In this document: one piece after another, positions 9,155 through 16,397 of the stretch
Layout of the letters: every line of letters begins with the position of its first letter
Position numbering within the stretch: the first letter of the stretch is position 1
Assembly (NCBI GenBank): GCA_036946625.1
Contig: JAQIIU010000003.1
Span: forward strand, 133,961-197,960
Source: Methylorubrum populi
Lineage (GTDB): Bacteria; Pseudomonadota; Alphaproteobacteria; Rhizobiales; Beijerinckiaceae
DNA length: 64,000 nt
Reading direction: 5' to 3'
The notes under the pieces: model-generated
Seen by the model: only the letters and a program-made list of their open reading frames with translations
What the model was told of the DNA's origin: nothing
Database searches by the model: none
Made by a program: the position numbers and the translations under genes

Positions 9155-9907
9155 ATGCGCATGCCGACCCCGTCCGCAGCCCGTGCGGCACGCCCCGCCC
9201 TCACCGCGGCCCTGGCGCTGCTGCTCGCCGCCCCGGCCCAGGCGATCGTCGGCGGCCAGGACGGCGCGGCGGCGGTGCCGGGCGCGGCCTCGGCGGTGAT
9301 GGTGCTGACCGCCGGCGGCGGGGTCTGTTCGGGGGTCGTCGTCGCGCCCGACGCGGTGCTGACCGCCGGCCATTGCGTGGCGGGCGTGACGGAGAACCGC
9401 GTGCATTACCGCGATGCGGCGGGCCGCCCGGTGCTCGCGGAGGTCGCCGCCCACAGCCTGCACCCGGCCTATGACGGCGACGCCATCCGCGGGCGCACCC
9501 GCTCGATCGACCTCGCCCTGCTGCGCACCCGCGAACCGCTTCCCGCCCGCTTCGCGCCGGCGACACTCGGAGCCGCAATGCCGCGGGCGGGCCGGAGCCT
9601 CACGCTGGCGGGCTACGGCGCGACGCGGGGCGACGACCGGCGCTCGATCGGCCGCTACCGCGGCGTCCTGCTCGCGGTGGTGGAGCCCTACGGCCCGAGC
9701 CGCATCCTGGTCTGGCTCCGGGCGCCGAAGGCGGGCGGCTGCCAGGGCGATTCCGGCGGGCCGATCCTCGATGGCGCGACGGTGGTCGCGATCGCCGCCT
9801 GGGTGAAGGGGGCCTGCGGCGGTCTCACCCAGGGCATCCTGCTCGGGCCGCAACGGGACTGGATCGACCGCACGCTCTCGGGCTGGGCCGCTTCCGCGCA
9901 GTGGTGA
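9155..9907 (+). CDS. Secreted trypsin-like serine protease (S1 family)
   Basis: Signal peptide ...LLLAAPAQA is followed directly by IVGG. Catalytic motifs are TAGHC, IDLALL and GDSGGP. ATG at 9155 is in frame with track ORF 8501..9907. Confidence 0.85.
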   Translation: MRMPTPSAARAARPALTAALALLLAAPAQAIVGGQDGAAAVPGAASAVMVLTAGGGVCSGVVVAPDAVLTAGHCVAGVTENRVHYRDAAGRPVLAEVAAHSLHPAYDGDAIRGRTRSIDLALLRTREPLPARFAPATLGAAMPRAGRSLTLAGYGATRGDDRRSIGRYRGVLLAVVEPYGPSRILVWLRAPKAGGCQGDSGGPILDGATVVAIAAWVKGACGGLTQGILLGPQRDWIDRTLSGWAASAQW

Positions 9908-10066
9908 GGCGGTTGACCGATCGTGACCGGCGCGTCGCCGCCGCCAAGGAACCGGACAAGGAACCGGAGCTTGGCCGCCGAATTGCCTTCGGATAGGCTT
10001 CAACCGGCCCGGGATTCGTCCGCGGAATCCCGCCGAGCGCGCCCGGGCCCTGGGAGAACACGAGAG

Positions 10067-10915
10067 ATGGTTGCGAGCCCCCTTCGCGCGTGCCTGTTCG
10101 GTGCCCTGCTGGGGCTCGTCCCGCTCTCGGCCCAGGCGGTGGTCCAGGGACACACCTCCCGCGATCCCGGGGGGCTCCGCGCCTCCGTCGTGCGCATCGA
10201 GAGCACGCAGGGCGAGATCTGTTCCGGCACCCTGATCGCGCAGGACATCGTGCTGACCGCCGCCCATTGCGTGATGCGCAAGGCGGGCTTCGACGTGATC
10301 GTGGTCGATCCGAACTTCCGCCAGCGCCGCCTGCGGGCGGTCGCCGTCTCGATGCATCCCGAATTCGTCCCCGGCACGACGCCGGAGGAGCAGCCGGGCA
10401 TCGACCTCGCCCTGCTCAAGCTGGAGCGGCCGGTCGGTCCCGGATTCCGCCCGCTCGATCCCCGCGGCGGTGCGATCACCACCGGCGACGCCGTGGACAT
10501 CGCCGGCTTCGGCGTGCTTGCGGAAAACCGCCGCAACACCGCCCGGACGCTGCGCACGGCCCATCTCGTCTCGATCGGCTCGCTGCAGGTGGCCAACCGC
10601 GTCACCGTCGTCACCGATGCCCGGCGCCTGGCCGAGACCGCGGGCGCGGGCGCCTGCCTCGGCGATTCCGGCGGCCCGATCCTGCGCGGCGGCCAGATGG
10701 TCGGCGTGGTGAGCTGGTCGAGCGGCGCCATGCGCCAGGACCGCCGCGCCCGCACCGCCTGCGGCGGCTTCACCGCCGTGACGCCGACCGGCGAGCACGC
10801 GGGCTGGATCGCCTCGCGCGCCGCCGAGATGGAGGCCCTGCCGGCCGACGTCGCCGCGGCACAGGCCGGACGCACCGAGTGGATGGCCCGGCCCGCCCGG
10901 CGGCGGATGTACTGA
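10067..10915 (+). CDS. Secreted trypsin-like serine protease (S1 family), paralogue of 9155..9907
   Basis: Signal peptide ...LVPLSAQA is followed by VVQG. Catalytic motifs are TAAHC, IDLALL and GDSGGP. ATG at 10067 is in frame with track ORF 9923..10915. Confidence 0.85.
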   Translation: MVASPLRACLFGALLGLVPLSAQAVVQGHTSRDPGGLRASVVRIESTQGEICSGTLIAQDIVLTAAHCVMRKAGFDVIVVDPNFRQRRLRAVAVSMHPEFVPGTTPEEQPGIDLALLKLERPVGPGFRPLDPRGGAITTGDAVDIAGFGVLAENRRNTARTLRTAHLVSIGSLQVANRVTVVTDARRLAETAGAGACLGDSGGPILRGGQMVGVVSWSSGAMRQDRRARTACGGFTAVTPTGEHAGWIASRAAEMEALPADVAAAQAGRTEWMARPARRRMY

Positions 10916-10922
10916 GAGCGGC

Positions 10923-12188
10923 TCAGGCGAACCGGAGCAGCTTGATCGCGGCGAAGTCCTGCACCCCGCCGCCGACGCGCTTCGTGGTGTAGAACAGCAC
11001 GTAGGGCTTGGCGGAATACGGGTCGCGCAGGGTCCGCAGGCCCGCGCGGTCCACCACGAGGTAGCCGCGCCTGAAGTCGCCGAAGGCGATGGAGGGGTTG
11101 CCCGCGGCGATGTCCGGCATCGCCTCGGCCTCGGCCACGGGGAAGCCCATCAGGGTGGCGTTCCGGTCGGCGGCCAGCGGCGGCTGCCAGAGATAGTTGC
11201 CGTCCGCATCCTTGAACTTGCGGATCGCGCTCTGCACCCGCCGGTTCATCACGAAGCTCGCCCCCTGCCGATAGCCGGCGCGAAGGGCGTAGATCAGGTC
11301 GAACAGGATGTCGGCCGGGTTGCTCGCCGGGAAGGCGCCCGCCGCGCCGGTGGCGACGAAGCCGAGCTTGCCCGGCACCCAGTTCGCGCTGGCGACCGTA
11401 TCGTAGCTGAGAAACCCCTTCGGCCGCCCGACGCCGTTGCCGGTGACGAAGGCGACGCTCTCCTGCTCGGCGAACGCCGTCTCGACTTCTTCCGCGAGCC
11501 ACGCGTCGATGTCGAGCACGGCGTCGTCGAGGAGCGTCTGGGTCGCCGCCGGCATGGCGTAGAGCTCCATCGCCGGAAAGCTCAGTTCGGACAGGCTCGG
11601 CGCGTCGGTCTGCGGTCGCGGCGCGGTCTCGGCGACCCAGCCGGCGGCGGGGCCGTTGACGGAGACCGCCCGCTTGTACTGCCCGCCGGAGACGACCCGC
11701 ACCGTGGCCAGCGCGCGGATCGGCGAGATCTCGGCCAAGCGCCGCAGCACCTCGCGCTCGATCGTCGGCGGCACGAGGTAGCCGCCGTCCGGCCCGGAGC
11801 CGGCCGACAGCGCCTTCTCTTCCAGCCGCTTGAGGCCGGCGCTCTCGCCGGCCCGGACGTAGAGGTCGAAGGCCGCCTTGTGCTCGGTGGCGGAGGCGTC
11901 CCGCGCCGGCTCGGCGCCCCCCAGCGGAGGCCGGGCGCGGTCGAGGCTGATCCGGTCGAGGCGGGTCTTCGCCTGATCGAGGGCGGCGTCGATGCGGGCG
12001 AGCTTCTCCTCGGTCACCACGTCGGCGGTGAGTCGGCTCTCGATCTCGGCGAGACGGGTGTCGTTCGCCTCCTTGAACGCTTCGAAGGCGCGGGCGAACT
12101 CGTCGAGCACCGCGTCGGCGCCGAACATCGCGGCCTTGTTCTCGGGCAGGCCTGCCGGGGCCTTGGTCTCGAAACGCGTCTCGGTCAT
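10923..12188 (-). CDS. GTA g5-like HK97-family major capsid protein
   Basis: 421 aa. N-terminal coiled scaffold-like delta domain (FEAFKEANDTRLAEIE...) followed by an HK97 fold-type body. Synteny after the prohead protease. Confidence 0.9.
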   Translation of the reverse strand: MTETRFETKAPAGLPENKAAMFGADAVLDEFARAFEAFKEANDTRLAEIESRLTADVVTEEKLARIDAALDQAKTRLDRISLDRARPPLGGAEPARDASATEHKAAFDLYVRAGESAGLKRLEEKALSAGSGPDGGYLVPPTIEREVLRRLAEISPIRALATVRVVSGGQYKRAVSVNGPAAGWVAETAPRPQTDAPSLSELSFPAMELYAMPAATQTLLDDAVLDIDAWLAEEVETAFAEQESVAFVTGNGVGRPKGFLSYDTVASANWVPGKLGFVATGAAGAFPASNPADILFDLIYALRAGYRQGASFVMNRRVQSAIRKFKDADGNYLWQPPLAADRNATLMGFPVAEAEAMPDIAAGNPSIAFGDFRRGYLVVDRAGLRTLRDPYSAKPYVLFYTTKRVGGGVQDFAAIKLLRFA

Positions 12189-12219
12189 GGCATCCTCGTC
12201 GGTGAGGGAAGGGAAAGGG

Positions 12220-12693
12220 TCAGGCCCGCGCCGTCGGCGGCGGAGCGGGAAGGCGCGGGCGCGGCAGGGGTAGGAACGGGCGCGGCGCGGCCGCGCGGAT
12301 CACCCGCGCATCGGGCTGGAGCGGGAAGGTCACCAGCGAGATCTCCCAGAGATCGACGGCGATGAGCCGGCGACCGCCGCGCTCGGGGGAAGCCCGCACC
12401 ACGCGAAAGCCGATGGAGAGTCCGTCGAGGGCGCCCTCGCGCATCAGCGCGTCGATCTCGCGGGCGCGCTGGACCGCGAGGTTGAGCCGGCCGGCCACGC
12501 GCAGGCCGCGGGCGTCCTCCTTGAGGGAGAGCCACGCGCCGATCGGCTCGGCCGGATCGTGCTGCCACAGCATCCGCACCCCGCGCGGTCCGCGCCGGGC
12601 GAGGCTCGCGGCGAAGGCGCCCGGTGCGACGGTGTCGCGGCCGAGATCGGGCACGCCGAACAGGCTGGCGTAGCCGGTGAAATGGCCATCCAT
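12220..12693 (-). CDS. GTA g4-like HK97-family prohead protease
   Basis: MDGHFTGYASLFGVPDLGRDTVAPGAF...MLWQHD...SIGF...WEISLVTFP are classic HK97 protease motifs. Confidence 0.85.
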   Translation of the reverse strand: MDGHFTGYASLFGVPDLGRDTVAPGAFAASLARRGPRGVRMLWQHDPAEPIGAWLSLKEDARGLRVAGRLNLAVQRAREIDALMREGALDGLSIGFRVVRASPERGGRRLIAVDLWEISLVTFPLQPDARVIRAAAPRPFLPLPRPRLPAPPPTARA

Positions 12694-12759
12694 CGAAAGA
12701 CCTCGGAAGGAGTGAAGAGCGGGCTCTGCCCGAATCCCGCCGGGGCCTCATACCAAGTT

Positions 12760-12792
12760 GCAGGGAATCCGACCGATGGTCGGATTCCCTGC
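12760..12792. other. Perfect 15-bp-stem hairpin in the portal-protease spacer
   Basis: GCAGGGAATCCGACC-gat-GGTCGGATTCCCTGC, read directly from the sequence. Confidence 0.6.
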
Positions 12793-12828
12793 GCCCGGCG
12801 GACGCCCGCCGCCGCGCCTTCGCGCGGG

Positions 12829-12861
12829 CAACCGGCGATGCGTCGGGATCATCGCCGGTTG
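12829..12861. other. Perfect 12-bp-stem hairpin in the portal-protease spacer
   Basis: CAACCGGCGATG-cgtcgggat-CATCGCCGGTTG, read directly. It is flanked by ATACCAA (12750-12756) and TTGGTAT (12859-12865), which could pair as an outer stem. Confidence 0.6.
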
Positions 12862-12864
12862 GTA

Positions 12865-14025
12865 TCAGGCCCCGGTCCCCGGGACTTCGGACGAATAACC
12901 GACAGCCTCGCGCTTCTCGGCCGCAGACAGGAAATCGGCGCCCTGGACGCGGCGCCAGAGTGATTCGCGCTCGGTCGCCAAGGCCTCGACCGCATCGAGA
13001 TCCGGCTCCAGCCGGGCCGGGCCGAAGGCCGGTTCGAGCCAGCGGGCGAGCGAGTCGGCGGTGCGGCGCACCAGCGGGATCACCGTCTGCCGGTAGAAGG
13101 CGCGGTTGGCCTCGGCGTAGTTGGCGTGGGTGTTGTCGCCGGGAAGCCCGAGCAGCAGCGGCGGCACGCCGAAGGCCAGGGCGATCTCGCGGGCGGCGGC
13201 CGCCTTGGCCTCGACGAAATCCATCTCCTTCGGCGAGAGCGAGAGCGGGCGCCAGTCGAGTCCGCCGTCGAGGAGGAGCGGGCGCCCGGCATTGGCGCTG
13301 CCCTGATAGCTCGCCTCCAGTTCCGCCTTCAGACGGGTGAACTGCGTGTCGCTCAAGGCGGCGCCGGTCGAGGGCGCGAAGACCAGGGCGCCGGAAGGAC
13401 GCGCGGCGTTGTCGAGCAGCGCCTTGTTCCAGGCGCCCGCCGCGTTGTGGATGTCGAGCGGCACCGCCGCCGCCTCCATCGGCGAGAGGCCGTAATGGTC
13501 GTCGAGCGGGTTGAACAACGTCAGATGGAGGATCGGCGGCACGGCGCCCGCCTGCTCGTAGCGGACCCGCCGCCCGCCGACGGCGTATTCGTAGGCGACC
13601 GGCCAGCCGTCGGCGCCGGCCACCACGCGCATCCGGTCCGGACGCAGGCCGAACAGTTCGCGCGGCGTGCCGTCGATCTCGACCGCCTCGATATAGGCGT
13701 TGCCCGAGACCAGCAGGTGCCCGTAGATGCCGTCGAGGAAGCGCATCCCGCCCTCGCGCGGGTTCGGCCGGGCGAGAAGTTCGAGCAGGGGATGCGCCTC
13801 GTCGGCGCCGGCCAACGTCAGCGGAAGCGAGGCGGCGGCCTCGGCCACCAGCCGCACGGCACGGTGGACGACGGCGTTGCGCTGGAAGCCCTCGCGGGCG
13901 AGCGCCGCGTAATCGCGCGCGGTCCAGACCGCTCGGCTCTCCCCGTACAGGGCGACGGCCGCGCTCGCCTTCGTGGCCGGAACGAAGCCCGCGGCCCTGG
14001 CGAGCCGGGTCATGAGTCCAGGCAT
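12865..14025 (-). CDS. GTA g3-like portal protein (HK97 family)
   Basis: Typical portal body (...NPREGGMRFLDGIYGHLLVSGNAYIE...GVPPLLLGLPGDNTHANYAEANRAFY...). Start placed at ATG 14025 (GGGGGA RBS). The track start at 14070 is a GTG alternative. Confidence 0.85.
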   Translation of the reverse strand: MPGLMTRLARAAGFVPATKASAAVALYGESRAVWTARDYAALAREGFQRNAVVHRAVRLVAEAAASLPLTLAGADEAHPLLELLARPNPREGGMRFLDGIYGHLLVSGNAYIEAVEIDGTPRELFGLRPDRMRVVAGADGWPVAYEYAVGGRRVRYEQAGAVPPILHLTLFNPLDDHYGLSPMEAAAVPLDIHNAAGAWNKALLDNAARPSGALVFAPSTGAALSDTQFTRLKAELEASYQGSANAGRPLLLDGGLDWRPLSLSPKEMDFVEAKAAAAREIALAFGVPPLLLGLPGDNTHANYAEANRAFYRQTVIPLVRRTADSLARWLEPAFGPARLEPDLDAVEALATERESLWRRVQGADFLSAAEKREAVGYSSEVPGTGA

Positions 14026-14076
14026 GGCACGTCCCCCGCCCAAAAGTGTTTCACGTGAAATTAACCGCACCGCTCG

Positions 14077-15381
14077 TCACAGCCGGCGGATGCGCGGCTC
14101 CGCACTCGGCGTCAGCATCAGGTGCGTCAGCGCCCAGACCAGGGCATCCAGCCGATCCGGCGAGCCGCCGCCGGGCAGGCCGCCGGGGCCGAAGGCGCAC
14201 ATCTCGTCTTCCAACGCCGACAGCGGTCCGACATGGCGGACGCGGCCCTGGGCGTAGAGGAGCGAGACCGGCTCGGCCCGCAGCATCTTTCCCCGCGTCG
14301 CCCGCACCGTGACGACGGGCACGCTCGCATCGGCCTCGGCCAGGACCGAGACGACCATCTCGCCGCCCTGGTTGACCTCGGCCACCAGCACGTCCGCGCC
14401 GAGGCGATGGTAGAGCGTCAGAGCCGCCCGCGCCCAGGCGGCAGGGGCCGCCCGTTCCAGGGTCGCGTCGGCGAGCACGTAGGCGCTGCCGTCCGCCGCG
14501 AGCCCCGCCGCGACGATCCCGCAGGCATCCGCACCGGCTCGCGACGAGGCGGGCGGATCGACCGCGACGGCGATGCGCTGCAACGGCGGCGCCTCGGAGA
14601 TGCGGGCGCTCTCGATGGTCTCGCGGGTCCAGAGCGCGTCCGGCCGGTCCTCGATCAGCTCGCCGTCGAGTTCCTGGCGCCCGAGCCGGGTGCCGGCGTA
14701 GCGACCGACCACCTCTTCGAGGAAACGCGGCGCGAGGTTCCGGGCGTTGTCGGCGGTGCGCGAGCGCGTCACCACGCTCCTCGGATCGGCGAGAAGCCGG
14801 CGGATCAGCGGCACCGGACGCGGCGTCGTGGTGACGAGACCGCGCGGATGCGTCCCGAGCCGCAGGCCGAACTGGATCATGTCGTAGGCGGCCTCCGCCC
14901 CGCGCCACTTCGCGACCTCGTCGGACCACGCCGCGCCGAACTGGGGCCCGCGCAGGGAATCCGGCTCCTCGGCCGAGAAGGCCAGCGCCACCGCGCCGTT
15001 GCCGAACACCACCCGCCGCCGCGACGGCTGCCAGGCCAGCGGCGCGCCGCCGAGGCGCGGCAGGGCGAGAAGCCCGGACGGCCCCTCGATCATCACGTCG
15101 CGCACGTCGGCGAAGGTCTCGCCGACCAGCGCGATGCGCCCGACGGGCTCCTCCGTGAAGACGGGATCGCCGAGGGCCAACCCGCGCACCCATTCCGCCC
15201 CGGTGCGGGTCTTGCCGGAGCCGCGCCCGCCGATCACCGCCCAGGTGGTCCAGCGGCCCGGGGGCGGGAGCTGATCGTGCCGCGCGAGATGGAGCCAGTC
15301 CGCCTCAAGCAGGCGCAGATGCTCCGGGGAGAGCCGGCTCAGGAACGCCGTCGTCCGGCTCCGCCGCCGCGAATGCAGCAT
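14077..15381 (-). CDS. GTA g2-like terminase large subunit
   Basis: Walker A motif GGRGSGKTRTGAEW and C-terminal nuclease-type region (AVAVDPP...CGIV...VLAEVNQGGEM). Start taken at ATG 15381 (MLHSRRR). The track start at 15453 is possible. Confidence 0.85.
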   Translation of the reverse strand: MLHSRRRSRTTAFLSRLSPEHLRLLEADWLHLARHDQLPPPGRWTTWAVIGGRGSGKTRTGAEWVRGLALGDPVFTEEPVGRIALVGETFADVRDVMIEGPSGLLALPRLGGAPLAWQPSRRRVVFGNGAVALAFSAEEPDSLRGPQFGAAWSDEVAKWRGAEAAYDMIQFGLRLGTHPRGLVTTTPRPVPLIRRLLADPRSVVTRSRTADNARNLAPRFLEEVVGRYAGTRLGRQELDGELIEDRPDALWTRETIESARISEAPPLQRIAVAVDPPASSRAGADACGIVAAGLAADGSAYVLADATLERAAPAAWARAALTLYHRLGADVLVAEVNQGGEMVVSVLAEADASVPVVTVRATRGKMLRAEPVSLLYAQGRVRHVGPLSALEDEMCAFGPGGLPGGGSPDRLDALVWALTHLMLTPSAEPRIRRL

Positions 15382-15751
15382 AGCGGCGCGCGATATCCGT
15401 GCGCATCGCCACGAGATCGGCAACGGACAGGGAAGGCCAGCCGGCTGCGCCATCCGCCCCTCCCTCCCGCACGGCCCGGTCGGCCGCCTTCATGTCGTCG
15501 AGCAGGTTCTTGAGGCCGCCGAGATCGCGCAGCACTTTTGCCGAATCGAACCCGGCGGGCGGCGCCTCCGCGTCGAGGGCCGCATCGAACCGCTCGATCT
15601 GCCGTTCGATCTGCGCCAGCAAGCGCGCCCGCAACCGCCTGGCATCGGGCGCCCGCTTGCGGGATTTTCCGGGACTTGGCTTTAAAGGCGCACTCGGCGG
15701 GGGCTCGCTGCATGGCTCGGAGGGGTCCGGCATCGCCGCGTCTCCATCCAC
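15305..15751 (-). CDS. Putative GTA g1-like small protein (possible small terminase); boundaries uncertain
   Basis: First ORF of the cluster, with a basic N-terminus followed by a coiled-coil-like region (RLRARLLAQIERQIERFDAALD). It overlaps the terminase start by about 77 nt, so the extent is doubtful. Confidence 0.4.
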   Translation of the reverse strand: MDGDAAMPDPSEPCSEPPPSAPLKPSPGKSRKRAPDARRLRARLLAQIERQIERFDAALDAEAPPAGFDSAKVLRDLGGLKNLLDDMKAADRAVREGGADGAAGWPSLSVADLVAMRTDIARRYAAFAAAEPDDGVPEPALPGASAPA

Positions 15752-15927
15752 ACTTCCTGAGCGTGCCCTCTACCTACACGAGGAGCGTCGCGCTGTCAAT
15801 GATGAAATTCCTATTTCTCACCCACATCGGAATCATGTCCTGAACGCTGGCGCCTGCCGGGCGTAGAAGGACAACGGTGAGCGAAGAGCCGGCCGGCAGC
15901 GACCGCCGCGCGTTTCGCGCCTGCATC

Positions 15928-16021
15928 CGTCAACCGCGAGCGAACGCGAAGCGATCCAGCCGCGCGACCTCTCCGGAGAGGACGGCACCTTGGATGGCTT
16001 CGGCTTCGCCTCGCCATGACG
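15928..16021. repeat. Palindromic (MITE/REP-like) repeat, copy A
   Basis: Left arm is CGTCAACCGCGAGCGAACGCGAAGCGATCCAG. Right arm is CTTGGATGGCTTCGGCTTCGCCTCGCCATGACG, an imperfect reverse complement. The same family occurs at 44202-44380, 49536-49630 and 50426-50540. Confidence 0.75.
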
Positions 16022-16173
16022 TAAGGGAACCTCGGCCGGCAGCGCATCATCCGGCCGTCGTCATGGATCCATCGACCGGTTTTTCCGCCCCCCACACGGA
16101 ACACCGGAGGAACCTTGTCGGTCATCAAACCGAGGGGCGGCGCCGTCCGCCCCACCGCGGAGGAGACGGGACG

Positions 16174-16254
16174 ATGCTCAAAGGTGGCCTGCTCTGGCTG
16201 ATCGGTATTCCCCTGCCGATCATCCTGCTGCTGTGGTTCTTCGGCGTCTTCTGA
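16174..16254 (+). CDS. 26-aa hydrophobic membrane peptide (MLKGGLLWLIGIPLPIILLLWFFGVF)
   Basis: ATG is preceded by GGAGGAGACGGG and followed by an intrinsic terminator. The peptide is a single predicted TM helix. No family assignment. Confidence 0.5.
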   Translation: MLKGGLLWLIGIPLPIILLLWFFGVF

Positions 16255-16296
16255 ACGTCCCATCGGCCGTGATCGAACGCCGTAACCGAAGCGGGA

Positions 16297-16328
16297 ACGG
16301 GCGCCGCGTCTCGGCCGGCGCCCGTTTT
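16297..16328 (+). terminator. Rho-independent terminator after the small peptide gene
   Basis: ACGGGCGCCG-(9 nt loop)-CGGCGCCCGT followed by TTT. Confidence 0.55.
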
Positions 16329-16397
16329 CATGGGGAAGCGCGGCGGGCCGCCCGGGCCGCACCGCAACGCCGGTGAACGGATTCGGCAGTCGGGGCG

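Noticed and set aside
8546-11502. Upstream extension of the g6 ORF (to 10798) and 500-aa ORF 10000..11502, both crossing the protease genes on the minus strand.
   Set aside because: If real, these would close the gap in the GTA operon. However, they are antisense to two proteases that have complete catalytic motifs and signal peptides. The recognisable g6 sequence begins only at ATG 9121 and the capsid frame ends at 10923.
12694-12864. 34-codon ORF (MIPTHRRLPARRRGGGRPPGAGNPTIGRIPCNLV) as a candidate g3.5 homologue.
   Set aside because: It is simply the translation of the two hairpin stems. It is Arg/Gly/Pro-rich, has no RBS, and does not resemble the small g3.5-type protein.
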